Part shown: one piece after another, positions 13,255 through 27,927 of the stretch | Numbering within the stretch: the first letter of the stretch is position 1 | Layout of the letters: every line of letters starts with the position of its first letter | From: Eledone cirrhosa | Taxonomy: Eukaryota | Length of the DNA stretch: 64,000 bases | Direction: 5' to 3' | Assembly (NCBI GenBank): GCA_964016885.1 | Contig: OZ024751.1 | Coordinates: 15,872,001-15,936,000 of the forward strand | Notes under the pieces: model-generated | Told to the model about the DNA's origin: nothing | Database searches by the model: none | What the model saw: the letters and a program-made list of their open reading frames with translations, nothing else | Position numbers and translations under genes: made by a program

Positions 13255-13290
13255 TCTTAACGTTTCGGACGTTAGTCCTTCATCAGAAGG
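13255..13290 (-). ncRNA. Minimal hammerhead ribozyme
   Basis: CUU-CUGAUGA-AGGAC(UAAC)GUCC-GAAACGUU|AAG; flanks homologous to 27690-27880. Confidence 0.8.
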
Positions 13291-13698
13291 AAGAAAGAAT
13301 GAGAAATAAGATAGATTGAAGGGACAGGGCTGGGTGGAATTGGAAAAAATGTCTTTAGATAAAAATAACAGGTCCATTTTATATATATATATATTCTACC
13401 CGAATACTTATAACTCATCCTGTAAATAAAATTTTTTTTCTTAATATGACGCAATTATATACTTATATACTTATATAATCTAAGTTTCTCTTTACTTTGC
13501 TTTACACCTTTGAGATTTTACATTCGTTGAAAACTGTTCATTATAATTAACGCTAATTAGACTAATTTGTCTTTGAAAATGTGTGATTATTGTTATTTTA
13601 TCATTTTCTTATCTGTGTCAACAAAACTAAGTTTGTCGAATTTAATTTGTTTTAATTCTTTTATCATGTATGTATGTATAAACACACACACACACACA

Positions 13699-13754
<56 letters not shown>

Positions 13755-13856
13755 CATATATATGTGTGGTATATATATGTGTATATGTATGTATATATAA
13801 ATGTATAAGCATATATATATGTGTGTGTGTATACAAATATATATACACACACACAT

Positions 13857-13887
<31 letters not shown>

Positions 13888-14066
13888 CGTATATATGCAT
13901 TTATTATTATTACTATATATATGCATATATATACATATACATATATATATATATGTATGTATGTATACATACATACATATGTATGTATACATACAGTTCA
14001 AGATTAAAAAACACGAACACCGAGAAGATATATATATATATGGTCTGTGTATCGGTTTATATATAT

Positions 14067-14140
<74 letters not shown>

Positions 14141-14237
14141 CCAAAAGTTTCACAAGGTTCATTGATTAATCAATGAATAAAGTTTTACAATAGATTAGAA
14201 GCACTCAACTGTGAAGTTTTCTGGAGTTATTAATATT

Positions 14238-14528
14238 ACTTCAAAATATTAATAAATATAGACATTTATGTGATCAAATATATTTATTTCAGAGGTACCG
14301 AGCTATTTCATCAGTACGTCCTCATCAGATAAAATAAATTAATGTCTGACATACCTCAACTGTGCTGATGGTTCACTAACAACACTGGAATTGAACCATC
14401 AGCACAGTTGAGGTATGTCAGACATTAATTTATTTTATCTGATGAGGACGTACTGATGAAATAGCTCAGTACCTCTGAAATAAATATATTTGATCACATA
14501 AATGTCTATATTTATTAATATTTTGAAG

Positions 14529-14529
<1 letters not shown>
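14238..14529. mobile_element. ~138-bp-arm fold-back element with a partly degenerate HHR in each arm (14434-14502 on +)
   Basis: Near-perfect inverted repeat with 16-nt loop; CUGAUGA-GGAC GUACUGA..UCAGUAC CUCU-GAAA..AUC|ACAUAAA. Confidence 0.75.
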
Positions 14530-14571
<42 letters not shown>

Positions 14572-14612
14572 TATATACACACACACATATACATATGTAC
14601 ACACATATACAT

Positions 14613-14644
<32 letters not shown>

Positions 14645-14844
14645 GTATAGTTCACGGATAAAAAAATGACAGAAAACATACACAGAATAATTACAGAAAA
14701 TCTGGCTCTTGGGTAAATATATTTTGTACGTTGGTTTGTTTAGTTAGGTTGTAGCGTGTAGTTATTGGGCAGGTCTGTGTATACACATTTATACACACAC
14801 ACATACACATTTCTTCGTCATTGTCATCCCCTTGTCTTCTTCTT

Positions 14845-14921
14845 CTTCTTCTTCTTCTTCTTCTTCTTCTTCTTCTTCTTCTTCTTCTTCTTCTTCACCA
14901 TTATCATATAGTCATCATCAC

Positions 14922-14961
<40 letters not shown>

Positions 14962-15032
14962 TTCTTCTTCTTCTTCTTCTTCTTCTTCTTCTTCTTCTTC
15001 TTCTTCTTCTTCTTCTTCTTCTTCTTCTTCTT

Positions 15033-15062
<30 letters not shown>
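14845..15062. repeat. (CTT)n/(CAT)n compound microsatellite
   Basis: Direct reading. Confidence 0.95.
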
Positions 15063-15067
<5 letters not shown>

Positions 15068-15359
15068 AACATGAATTATAAACTAGTTTAATACCTTGTT
15101 CTACTTGTTTCTTTTTGGACCCGCAACACTTGTTCTAGTCGTAGATGCACTGTAGTGACATATGACATTTCTTGGACATTTTGTTTAATCCTGGTGGAGT
15201 TTGAACAGATCTGAATGGAGCCAATTTCGACCAGAGTAAGGAATGAGAGTAATAGAGAGGAAGCGAGAAAGAGATTTAAAGGAAATATTGATCCTAGTAT
15301 TGGACGGGTGCATTTTTTTTTGACTTTGGAAAGACCTTCTACTTCTTCGCCCATTTATC

Positions 15360-15556
15360 CCTGGGACGGTCGTAGGGCCAAAGTCCTCAAACACTTCTTC
15401 CTGCAGGTCCTGTCAGAAGCAACTGTTTCCAACTGATCCAGCTGGATCCCCAACCGTGACCTGCCAAGCTCATGGATTTTATCCAACGATCTTGCCTAAG
15501 GTCTACTCCTAGGTTTCTTGCTAGTTGGTTTTTGCCTGTAAAATCTGTCCATCTGT
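15360..15556 (-). mobile_element. RTE LINE 3' end, continuous with the satellite
   Basis: Reverse complement resembles 28955-29150 (ILQAKPTSKKPRSRP..W). Confidence 0.7.
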
Positions 15557-18285
15557 CCAGCAATACTTTCCTGAGACATTATAACAACATACCCTTAGTA
15601 TCGGAGCTGTGATCTCTCAATTCAGAGAAGTAGCGGCTCTACCTGCAGTGAGTCTCCAGCAATACTTTCCTGAGACATTATAACCACATGTCCATAGTAT
15701 CGGAGCTGTGATCTCTCAATTCAGAGAAGTATCGGCTCTACCTGCAGTGAGTCTCCAGCAATACTTTCCTGAGACATTATAACCACATGCCCATAGTATC
15801 GGAGCTGTGATCTCTCAATTCAGAGAAGTAGCGGCTCTACCTGCAGTGAGTCTCCAGCAATACTTTCCTGAGACATTATAACAACATACCCTTAGTATCG
15901 GAGCTGTGATCTCTCAATTCAGAGAAGTAGCGGCTCTACCTGCAGTGAGTCTCCAGCAATACTTTCCTGAGACATTATAACCACATGCCCATAGTATCGG
16001 AGCTGTGATCTCTCAATTCAGAGAAGTAGTGGCTCTACCTGCAGTGAGTCTCCAGCAATACTTTCCTGAGACATTATAACCACATGTCCATAGTATCGGA
16101 GCTGTGATCTCTCAATTCAGAGAAGTATCGGCTCTACCTGCAGTGAGTCTCCAGCAATACTTTCCTGAGACATTATAACCACATGCCCTTAGTATCGGAG
16201 CTGTGATCTCTCCATTCAGAGAAATAGCGGCTCTACCTGCAGTGACTCTCCAGCAATACTTTCCTGAGACATTATAACCACATGCCCATAGTATCGGAGC
16301 TGTGATCTCTCAATTCAGAGAAGTAGCGGCCCTACCTGCAGTGAGTCTCCAGCAATACTTTCCTGAGACATTATAACCACATGTCCATAGTATCGGAGCT
16401 GTGATCTCTCAATTCAGAGAAGTAGCGGCTCTACCTGCAGTGAGTCTCCAGCAATACTTTCCTGAGACATTATAACAACATGCCCTTAGTATCGGAGCTG
16501 TGATCTCTCAATTCAGAGAAGTAGCGGCTCTACCTGCAGTGAGTCTCCAGCAATACTTTCCTGAGACATTATAACCACATGCCCATAGTATCGGAGCTGT
16601 GATCTCTCAATTCAGAGAAGTAGCGGCTCTACCTGCAGTGAGTCTCCAGCAATACTTTCCTGAGACATTATAACCACATGTCCATAGTATCGGAGCTGTG
16701 ATCTCTCAATTCAGAGAAGTATCGGCTCTACCTGCAGTGAGTCTCCAGCAATACTTTCCTGAGACATTATAACCACATGCCCTTAGTATCGGAGCTGTGA
16801 TCTCTCCATTCAGAGAAATAGCGGCTCTACCTGCAGTGACTCTCCAGCAATACTTTCCTGAGACATTATAACCACATGCCCATAGTATCGGAGCTGTGAT
16901 CTCTCAATTCAGAGAAGTAGCGGCCCTACCTGCAGTGAGTCTCCAGCAATACTTTCCTGAGACATTATAACCACATGTCCATAGTATCGGAGCTGTGATC
17001 TCTCAATTCAGAGAAGTAGCGGCTCTACCTGCAGTGACTCTCCAGCAATACTTTCCTGAGACATTATAACCACATGCCCTTAGTATCGGAGCTGTGATCT
17101 CTCAATTCGGAGAAGTAGCGGCTCTACCTGCAGTGAGTCTCCAGCAATACTTTCCTGAGACAGTATAACAACATGCCCTTAGTATCGGAGCTGTGATCTC
17201 TCAATTCAGAGAAGTAGCGGCTCTACCTGCAGTGAGTCTCCAGCAATACTTTCCTGCAATGACTCTCCAGTGATTCTTTCCTGAGACATTATAACCACAT
17301 GCCCATAGTATCGGAGTTGTGATCTCTCAATTCAGAGAAGTAGTGACTCTACCTGCAGTGACTCTCCAGTGATTCTTTCCTGAGACATTATAACCACATG
17401 CCCATAGTATCGGAGCTGTGATCTCTCAATTCAGAGAAGTAGCGACTCTACCTGCAGTGACTCTCCAGTGATTCTTTCCTGAGACATTATAACCACATGC
17501 CCATAGTATCGGAGTTGTGATCTCTCAATTCAGAGAAGTAGCGACTCTACCTCCAGTGACTCTCCAGTGATTCTTTCCTGAGACATTATAACCACATGCC
17601 CATAGTATCGGAGCTGTGATCTCTCAATTCAGAGAAGTAGCGACTCTACCTGCAGTGACTCTCCAGTGATTCTTTCCTGAGACATTATAACCACATGCCC
17701 ATAGTATCGGAGCTGTGATCTCTCAATTCAGAGAAGTAGCGGCTCTACCTGCAGTGAGTCTCCAGCAATACTTTCCTGAGACAGTATAACAACATGCCCT
17801 TAGTATCGGAGCTGTGATCTCTCAATTCAGAGAAGTAGCGGCTCTACCTGCAGTGAGTCTCCAGCAATACTTTCCTGCAATGACTCTCCAGTGATTCTTT
17901 CCTGAGACATTATAACCACATGCCCATAGTATCGGAGCTGTGATCTCTCAATTCAGAGAAGTAGCGACTCTACCTGCAGTGACTCTCCAGTGATTCTTTC
18001 CTGAGACATTATAACCACATGCCCATAGTATCGGAGTTGTGATCTCTCAATTCAGAGAAGTAGCGACTCTACCTGCAGTGACTCTCCAGTGATTCTTTCC
18101 TGAGACATTATAACCACATGCCCATAGTATCGGAGCTGTGATCTCTCAATTCAGAGAAGTAGCGACTCTACCTGCAGTGACTCTCCAGTGATTCTTTCCT
18201 GAGACATTATAACCACATGCCCATAGTATCGGAGCTGTGATCTCTCAATTTGGACAAGTAGCGGCTCTACCTGGAGTAACTCTCT
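15557..18285. repeat. Satellite array, 99-bp unit, ~27 copies, derived from RTE ORF
   Basis: Units start at 15557, 15656, 15755; antisense reads SLQVEPLLL*IERSQLRYYGHVVIMSQESIAG. Confidence 0.95.
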
Positions 18286-18966
18286 GATCTCCGAACGATG
18301 CATTTTATCGGGCGGATGAAAAGCAAAATTGACCTTGGCTGGATTTGAACTCAGAGAGCAAAGAACCGGAACAAATAATGCAAAACCTTCTATCTAACCT
18401 TCTAAAGGTTCTGCTTAATTACCGCCCTATCCTGGTTTTACAACACTTTCAAAAACATATTAACCAAAGTTTTGTTCTGTTTGAAAGGTTATTTTTGTTG
18501 CCACTGATGTAGCTCTTATATAACTCCAATTATAAGAAATGTTTAAGGTATTATGCTCCCTTTTTATATAATTACATATTTATTGATTCTATTTATAAAA
18601 AGAATTTTACTGATTAATGAAGATCTTGAGAATTATTTGCTCAGCATACTAAGGTTTGGTGACATTTGCAAACCCATTCCATTCTAAGAATTATTATTAT
18701 TCCACTTCATTCTATTATAGAAAATTGATATTATATCCTGACTTTTATTTTCTTCATTCCTTCATTAATTTTACTTCAATAGTGGTACATTTTACATGCA
18801 TGTTAATGCAATGGCGGGTAGATTCATTAAAGAATTGGTATTTATTTGAATAATATATTAATAAAGTTGGTATAGAAGCATGCTCATATATACACACACA
18901 TATATATGTGTGTGTGTGTGTGCGTGTATATATATATATATATATGTATGTGTATATATATATATT

Positions 18967-19016
<50 letters not shown>

Positions 19017-19319
19017 AATGTATGTATATATATATGTATATATATATATACATATGTATGTATATATATATATATGTATATATATATGTACATATATATG
19101 TATATATATATATGTATATACATACACACATACATACACACACACACACACTTATATATATATATATATGTGTCTAATGCATCCATATATGCGTGTGCAT
19201 ATACACGTGTTATTGAAAATCCTTATAAGTGTTGTTCAATTCACAAAAGAAATTTCACAAGGATCCTGTGTGATTTTTCTTCTTCAACATATACTAAATA
19301 TATAAATATGTCTGTGTGT

Positions 19320-19404
<85 letters not shown>

Positions 19405-19894
19405 TATAAATATATATATATAATACACATATGTATATATATGTATATACACTTACGTACATTCACACTTTTAACACATAACTGTAAATTCTCACCGTTT
19501 GGAAGTTTTCGCTTTTCGTTTTCTTATTCTTTAAAGATTTTATATATATATATTTATATTTGTTCAAATTATGTTTGTCATTCAATTTTATACGATGTGA
19601 CGAATGGAATATGGCTGTTGTATTAGGTTTTTGTTCTCTTTTAGATGAAATTAAATTAAAGACGCCGGCAATGATGAGAGTAAAAGCAGAATAGCTTTTA
19701 AATTTCTCTTTTGCATTCGCAGTTTATCTTTCATTGAAAATTCTATTACCCATTCCCTTCATATGATCGATAAAATGTGCTATGTTGGTGTCATTTAACC
19801 CCCGATCGAATCCCAGATGAAAGAGAATTTTGGTCATAGTATTGCCAGCTATGACCATTACATTATATTCTCTGTCCTTGTAGACTTACTTGTA

Positions 19895-20303
19895 CAGGGT
19901 GGCCTAAAAGTCACACGGGTTTTAGTTTTTATTAGCCTCCTGAATTGTACAGATTGATGTATGACATTTTGATACAACTTAAAGGACATAATTCTTTCTA
20001 CTTTTGGCACAAGGCCAGAAATTACCCAGTGTATTAATGGTACTTTATTTTATCGACCCCGTAAGGATGAAAAGCAAAGTTAACCTCGGCGGGATTTGAA
20101 CTCAGAATGGCAAGGGCCGTAACTCTATGCGTCAAAGCATGGTATCCGACCCTTTACCGATACTGCCAATCCACCGCCCTAAGGACATAATGGAAATTAT
20201 TTTGCACTCGTCAATCCTTGTCACACCTCTACATTACTTATGAAAAAAATTATAAAAAATTTATAAACAGTTGCGACCCCTGTGTGACTTTTGGGCCACC
20301 CTG
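19895..20303. mobile_element. Tc1/mariner-type MITE with a nested SINE
   Basis: TA|cagggtggcctaaaagtcac ... gtgacttttgggccaccctg|TA; SINE at 19995-20180 (-) with TSD aaggacataat. Confidence 0.85.
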
Positions 20304-20690
20304 TACTTGTGCCGGCGTTCATCCGGGGTGGCATACTCCGGCTCCATCTAAGGAATTCGCGGTGTAAGTTCATTTCAATGGAGTTTTTTCGAGCGATTGG
20401 TTTCACAAGCAGTGCCCAGCCACAAGTATATGTACTTTAGGATAGTGCAATTGAAGCATTGCATGGGTTAAAGCGCCGAGTTCTCCCTTTCACGCCCAAA
20501 CCAATTTGGTGGAACCAGTGCCACAACAGAGATACATGGGAGACAGTTTGGTCGGCAGAGGAGATAAATAGAACCTATTTGAGTTATTTTGTAGGCAAGC
20601 AGGAGTTCACTCCATTGCCCAGACCAGGCATACCCATCCCTGCACCCATATACCGTGCTGTACATTATGCTATAGGACAATCCTGTATAT

Positions 20691-20774
20691 TATTGGGTCG
20701 TCAAGTATGAAATTTGTAGAAATTAGTTCTTTTAATATGAATTTCTACAAATTTCATACTTGACGACCCAATAT
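20691..20774. repeat. Palindrome with ~34-bp arms
   Basis: tattgggtcgtcaagtatgaaatttgtagaaatt / aatttctacaaatttcatacttgacgacccaata. Confidence 0.85.
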
Positions 20775-21039
20775 TTTGAAAGTGAGATGAGATGTTAAGG
20801 TGGTTGTTTCGATATCAGATTAAAAGTTCCGGCATTTAATCAAGCCCTCTACACTTCGTGTTCAAATCCCGTCTTTCACCCGTTCAGGGTTGATAAATAA
20901 AGTATCAATCAAGGTGAGATTGATTAGTGGAATTGTTAAAGAGCTGAACGGATTGTTTTTGCAGTGTCTGAACCAGGTTTCTGAGTACAGAGGTCAAATC
21001 CTGCTACATTCCGCCAGGGGTTACGGCCACCAGACAATA

Positions 21040-21480
21040 TCTGCAATGGAAAGACCTATGGAAACATTGTTTCTTTTGGTCAAATCAGACGATCGACTCC
21101 TTTCTCGTGTCAAGGAGGTTTTGCCTGGCAGATAGACAAGTATCAACGTTGAAAAGACCTATGGAAACAGTTTCCTTTGATAAGATCGGACAATCAGCTC
21201 CATTCTTATGTCAGGAGTTGTTACCAGGAGACAGTATTGAAAGACCAATGGAAAAGACATTGAAAAGACCAATGGAAACATGGTTTTCATTGGTCAGATC
21301 TGATGATCAGACCCTTTCTTATGCCAGGAGTTGTAACCGGTAGATAGCATTAACCTTGAAAAGACCAACGGAAACATGGGCTTCCGTTGGCTTCTTTCTT
21401 ATTCTAGGAGTTTACATCAGTATCGAAAAGAGCGATGGAAACATTGCTTTCTTGGTGAAATCAGACGACCGGTTCCTTTT
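21040..21480. repeat. Diverged ~100-bp tandem repeat (gaaagacc.atggaaac..tcagacga)
   Basis: 4-5 copies; dispersed relatives near 53855 (+) and 55840-55900 (-). Confidence 0.65.
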
Positions 21481-21696
21481 CCCTTTTACGTTTGCTTCAC
21501 AAACAATTTTATAAAAGAAATAGTTTGGTTACCAAAGTGTGAACCAAATAAAATTTAATCTAACAACATATGAAGACATTTTTGGACATATTGTAGACTG
21601 CTGCACGGAGAATAATTGTAATTGTGTTAGACTGAAATATTGTAGGAACTTTTCTTACCGAAGAATATATATATATATATACATACCGATATACCT

Positions 21697-21749
<53 letters not shown>

Positions 21750-21752
21750 TAT

Positions 21753-21847
<95 letters not shown>

Positions 21848-21892
21848 TATATATAAACCTATATATATAAATATATATATATATAAACCTAT

Positions 21893-22024
<132 letters not shown>

Positions 22025-22066
22025 CCTATAAACATACCTTATTAGACATATATACATATATATATA

Positions 22067-22145
<79 letters not shown>

Positions 22146-22582
22146 CACAAATATTACAATTCTTCTTCTTCGACATTATCATTACTACTATATGAATTTA
22201 CCTATATAACCTCTCCATAACTTTACAGAAATTACCATTTACCAAGCCTGTTATTCCAAATTAAATTACGCCTAGAACTTTCAAAAGTCTATAGTTATTG
22301 GCAACTTGTCATATTCATTACAGAAATTTCTCTATATCATTCCAGGTATATCGATTACAATCAAAGGATGGGTACATTGCGTATATGCTTCGATAGCGTT
22401 TGTTCAATACCTTAGATGGTGGTATTTCTTAACTTCCGTTTCGTTTCGGTACAATATTTTATAGTTAGTGGCCATTGTTAGGAAAATTACGAAACTACTA
22501 TTGACATTTCTGTCATACAATATTACAGTCATACAATGTACAGAGTGTGATGTGAAACCTTCACTATATGTATGTATATATG

Positions 22583-22729
<147 letters not shown>

Positions 22730-22754
22730 ATAATAATAAATTTGAAGACTGTTA

Positions 22755-22874
<120 letters not shown>

Positions 22875-23002
22875 TTAGTTAAGCAGAACAAGACCACAAA
22901 TTTCACAAGGAACACATTATTAAAAGATTGTCAACATATTTTAGTATTTTAGTTTGATGTAAGGAATGTAGAGAATAATAATAATAATATTAATAATAAT
23001 AA

Positions 23003-24625
23003 TGTCCGTTTACAATTGTTTCGCTACTCCATATAATATTTCTGGATCAAATCACTATATATCATTATTGATCTGGTTCAGTTGAAAATAATTAACATAG
23101 TTAAAGCTCATCGGAACTTCAAAGGAATATAAATTAAAATAAGCAAAGAATGTTACATAAATGTAAAGTTCCATATATTGGTATTTCACTATGGTGTCCT
23201 GGGTGTATCAATTGTCTGCCATAATCAAGCAGTATTCTTCTGTCGAGGCTGCATTGTGTGAGATCTGCCTATGGGTAACAAGATAGCCGCCAATGAACAT
23301 ATTTACCTTACTAATTAGAGGGTGGTTTCAGGGGAAGTAACTCCTCGAGAGATTAGAAATTGTGGGTAGTTTATGGTTAAATGCTAATTTTTTAATTTTT
23401 TAATTGAGAGACAATGTAAGGGAGGTAACTTATAATTATCTAGGTTAGTTATAGCTATTTAACTTATCAGCTACAAGTAAAATGGGGCTAGATGACTATG
23501 TTGGGTCAAATATTCTGTTGGCGAAGGAGTTAGCCCTTCGATGTTGACAGCTAATAGTTACCTCCGTTCTATAGGTAATACAGGGATCACAAGATTTTCT
23601 TCGTCCATTGAACGGTTGGGCCCTAGCCAAGATATCCCATGTTAGTGAGTGTTCAATGTTGGTTAATTTAAGGTTTTTAATGAGCCTAGCTAGAGATGTC
23701 GAACATCTGTTGTTAGGGTCTCGGAAGGAAAAAGAGTGCGCGTTATAGAGTACCTTAAAAGGGTTAGAGGTAGACCCGATATAGGAGCTGGTATTCGAAG
23801 CAGTTTTAACCGTGCACCTATAAACTATGTTGGGTGTCAGGCAGTGTCCATTTAGTGGACATGCATTAGGGTAACGGCAGTTGCAGTTACTTCTGCGGTT
23901 AGTGAGAGTAGGGTAGTTTAACCTAAGCGGTTGGTCAGTGTTAGAAGGATTAGGTGGGGGAGGTGTGCTACTAGAGTAAGTATTGGTATAGTGGCGTGGT
24001 GTATTTGATGGTTGTGGTGGTACCGCGGTGTGGGAGTTATACTGTCTTAGTTTATGATGGTTACTGAATGCGATGTGGCTAGCTAGGTTAGGTGTTGTGG
24101 AGAATGAGATTTTAATGTTATTTTTATTAAAGAGTTTGTAATATCTATGGTTGGGGGGGGGGGGGGGAGATGTTTAGATAGGATAGAGAAGAAGCGTTTA
24201 GGGATATTAGTGGCTAGATTAGATGAGAATGGAGGATTAAGCCACGTGATATTTCTAGGCCTATGCCTTCTAGGGGTTCTAGTGGAGTTGGTAGGGGCCT
24301 TCCTAAGGTTATTATTACCTGGGCATTTGTTATTTGTCATCCCATTGTTCATTCCTATTCTAGGGTTGATTTTTAGTTTGCTACTTGGAGTGGGAAGCAG
24401 GCCGCTGCCACCATTAAAGTTCCCTGTATAGGTGCTGTTACTGCTAAAATTCTGGCGAATCTGGATATATGCTAAGGTATTTATAGTTCTAGTGTTAAGT
24501 TTATTATGGTGAATTGCTGTGTTATGGCATGTAGGTATGTAGTAAATGGATTGTTCATAACCAGATTCAGAAAGAGCCTTATTATAATATTGTGCATGGT
24601 TTATAAATATCTCTTGCTTTGCTTA
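23003..24625 (-). mobile_element. 5'-truncated Penelope-like element (RT C-terminus, GIY-YIG endonuclease, 3' end with HHR)
   Basis: RNITWLNPPFS; NCNCRYPNACPLNGHCLTPNIVYRCTV..YIGSTSNPFKVLYNAHSFSFR; frameshifted. Confidence 0.88.
23008..23117 (-). ncRNA. Hammerhead at PLE 3' end (U4C core, ~85-nt stem II domain)
   Basis: GUU-CCGAUGA-GC...GC-GAAA-CAAUUG-UA|AAC; palindromic stem III. Confidence 0.65.
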
Positions 24626-24800
24626 ACTAATGAATATTTCCAGCTCTGCGCGCCTAACTTCGGCATGAACCCAGCCACCTAGCTGCTTTCCACTGCATAT
24701 TGCACATTGAGCACATGCCTTTACGCTTTGGCTTCTAACTAATTCACCAATCTCTCCTCTCCTATCTCCATCTCTCTCTTTAAGATTGGTTACTCTTGAA

Positions 24801-24883
<83 letters not shown>

Positions 24884-24909
24884 TGTATATATATATATAC
24901 ACATTGTGT

Positions 24910-25470
24910 ATTTTAGGAGCAAAGATTGGGAATACGGAAGATGATGTGGTTGAGAGGAAGAGCAAGGCCTGGGCGGCGTGCCACAGCTTGAGATCGGTGT
25001 GGAAGTCGGACCTTCGTAGAGACCTGAAAATCCGCCTCTTCATTGCTGTAGTGGAGTCTGTGCTGCTGTATGGGTCTGAGACTTGGACACTGACCAAGAA
25101 ACTCACTCAGATGGTGGATGTGTGCAACACAAGAATGCTGAGGATGGCTCTGAACATTAATCAGTATACACTGAGGATGAAAAACTCAGAGCTGTATCGA
25201 CGGATCCCAAAAGTCAGCTCAAAAGTGACACAGAGGAGACTGAGGTTAGCTGGACATGCTCACCGACATCCAGAGTTGACATTGCACTCAGTGCTCCTTT
25301 GGGAACCCCTACATGGACACACTAGAAGAGGAAGACCAAGGTTAACGTATGTTGAAGCCCTAAGGACAGACACTGGTCTGTTGGAGACGCAGGACATGGC
25401 AGCGATAATGGGGAACAGAGACTGCTGGAGAGAACTCGTCCATGGATCTCGGGAATTTTACCCGCCTTAG
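24910..25470 (+). mobile_element. RTE-clade LINE 3' fragment (post-RT region)
   Basis: KIRLFIAVVESVLLYGSETWTLTK..RLRLAGH..RGRPRLTY..RDCWR motifs. Confidence 0.9.
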
Positions 25471-25486
25471 AATAGAATATACACAC

Positions 25487-25523
<37 letters not shown>

Positions 25524-25963
25524 AATATATATATATATGTATATATATATAAATAGTTTTGCGAGGTTTTTGATATGAAATCGTGTGTCGAAACAAATAT
25601 TGTTATACTTTGGGAGGGTCATATTTGTGTAATAATATTGCCAGAATTAATAACAGAACACACCCACTGTTTGGTTGGTTTTCGTTTCTGTGTCTTTTGT
25701 ATCGGTTAATTTAATTTATTCGGTCTTCAATGTTACCATTGACTGACCAACAGTAAAAAATACAGATACAATATAGACACAAACACATAAATATAGTCTA
25801 ACAAAGTTCTTTCGTTGCACATCTGCAACATCGACAGTGGTGCTATTATGTTTCCTGCCGTTGTATTGTATGCCTACGCCATACTTCCCCTAGTCTGTCA
25901 TGGCTTACTAGCTCTATACGGCCGTTTATACTGATTAAATAAATAAATAAATGAATAAATAAT

Positions 25964-26131
25964 TGTTTCTACTGTTGGGACAAGGCCAGCAATTACCCCA
26001 GTGCATTACTGGTACTTTATTTTATCGTAGGATGAACGGCAAAGTTAACCTCGACGTGAACTCAGACCGTAAAGGGACATAACTATGCTGGAAAGCATGG
26101 CGTCTGACAACCCCTACCTATACTGCCAATT
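25964..26131 (-). mobile_element. SINE with TSD aatgaataaataat
   Basis: Reverse-complement family match with flanking direct repeat. Confidence 0.8.
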
Positions 26132-27256
26132 CAATGAATGAATAAATAATGACTAAATAAATGAATAGTTCTTAGCAAAATCTAGATTGTATCTTTCTTC
26201 GTATATTTGTTTCATCAAAACCCTTCTAACTGTTTAGAACGAGTTATTCTATCTCCTCGTTACAATTTTACATCCAGTAGTTTTGTTTTGCTGCAATTGA
26301 TCATTCTCTAAATGTCCTCATATATTATATCGCAACTGTTGAAATACTGATTTACAGATTATATGTCATAAACTAATAGAAAGATGAATATATATATTTT
26401 ATGTTCAATATATATTATATGGCAATCAGTGTAGGTGTGTTATTAGAGATATGAACACTCCTCGTATAATTGAGGTAGTATAGATATTACTATATTATAC
26501 GTCGCAGTGAAATGCTTATGTAATAAACTGATTGAGAAACATGCACATTTCTCATACATAAAAGCATTAAAGTTGAATTTTATATCATAAAGCACCATAA
26601 GAAGTCGATCTATCTTATATTTCACTCCATATAGACTTTAGATGAGAAAATATAGTCATCTAGGAATTGTTTAATTCACAATATCGTAATCTTGGAAACA
26701 TCACTCCCTCGTCAATATAGTTTTCGATATAATATAATATTTAAGGCAGATATTTTCGCTTTAGCTTTCCTCCATACTAAAACCGATAACATAAGAATTG
26801 GGGAAATGGCTGATTTGATGCAAGCTACTACACGCTTCATTCTTAATGCATTGTCCTGCATCAAAATAATTCTTATAAATAATATTAACAACTGTTGTTG
26901 AACAATATAGAAAGGTTCATGTGCGTGCTTTCACTAATAATATAGAAGTATATTTTGAAAGACTTCAATATGTTAAACATTTATACTGGCTTTAAGAGAT
27001 TTCTCTGTAAGCATACATATTTAGTATTATCATTTAATCCTTAATATGGTTATTTACAGAGATATTAAATACACATAGACGCACACCCAGTCACACACTG
27101 ACCCCGCTCACCACACACACGCACACATATATATATACATATACATATATATATATGTGTATATATATATATATATATAGTAATAATAATAAATTTGAAG
27201 ACTAAAGAGGGCTCGATAAGGATAAATATATATCAAATATATAAGAACTGTAGAGC

Positions 27257-27346
27257 AAAAATAATTTTGAGATAGAACGCTCGTGATGTTTGCTCTAATC
27301 CAGATTAGAGCAGATAACACGAGCGCTCTATCTCAAAATTATTTTT
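27257..27346. repeat. Palindromic end of a short (TA)n-associated element family
   Basis: caaaaataattttgagatag..taatc|cagatta..ctatctcaaaattattttt; family pieces at 1100-1145 (-), 22726-22750 and 58560-58647. Confidence 0.7.
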
Positions 27347-27526
27347 GAAAAGCATTAGAAATGCGCAACCGGTAAAATCTTAAAACTAAAACTGAATACT
27401 AACCAATACTTATTACTAATTTTTACTTATTCCTAATTAAACTATTTTTCACTGGGAAAAATTTGTCAGCATTTTCTTTTCCTTTTACTAATATATCACA
27501 ACTCGTGTGTTACACCTCTATTCTTT

Positions 27527-27596
<70 letters not shown>

Positions 27597-27759
27597 GAAC
27601 AGATTTCCACTTTTCTAAAAAAACAAATCATACACAAAACGCCAGCACCAACAGTTTTGCAAGAGATGTCAACATGAATGGACCTGTTATTTTTATCTAA
27701 ATACATTTTTTCCAATCAAATCCCGCTCGTCCCCTCAATCTTGTTTGTTCCTCATTCAT

Positions 27760-27795
27760 TCTTCTGATGAAGGACTAGCGTCCGAAACGTTAAGA
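27760..27795 (+). ncRNA. Minimal hammerhead ribozyme (dimer-type stem III)
   Basis: UCUU-CUGAUGA-AGGAC(UAGC)GUCC-GAAACGUU|AAGA. Confidence 0.85.
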
Positions 27796-27876
27796 CCCTC
27801 TTCCTGCTATATCAAGCGTTAAATTAATATATACCTTCCATATACTGTACTGATTGTGTTGTTATTTCTGTTTACC

Positions 27877-27927
<51 letters not shown>

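Noticed and set aside
15557-18285. Regular array resembling CRISPR
   Set aside because: There are no unique spacers and no cas genes, the context is eukaryotic, and the unit is RTE-derived.
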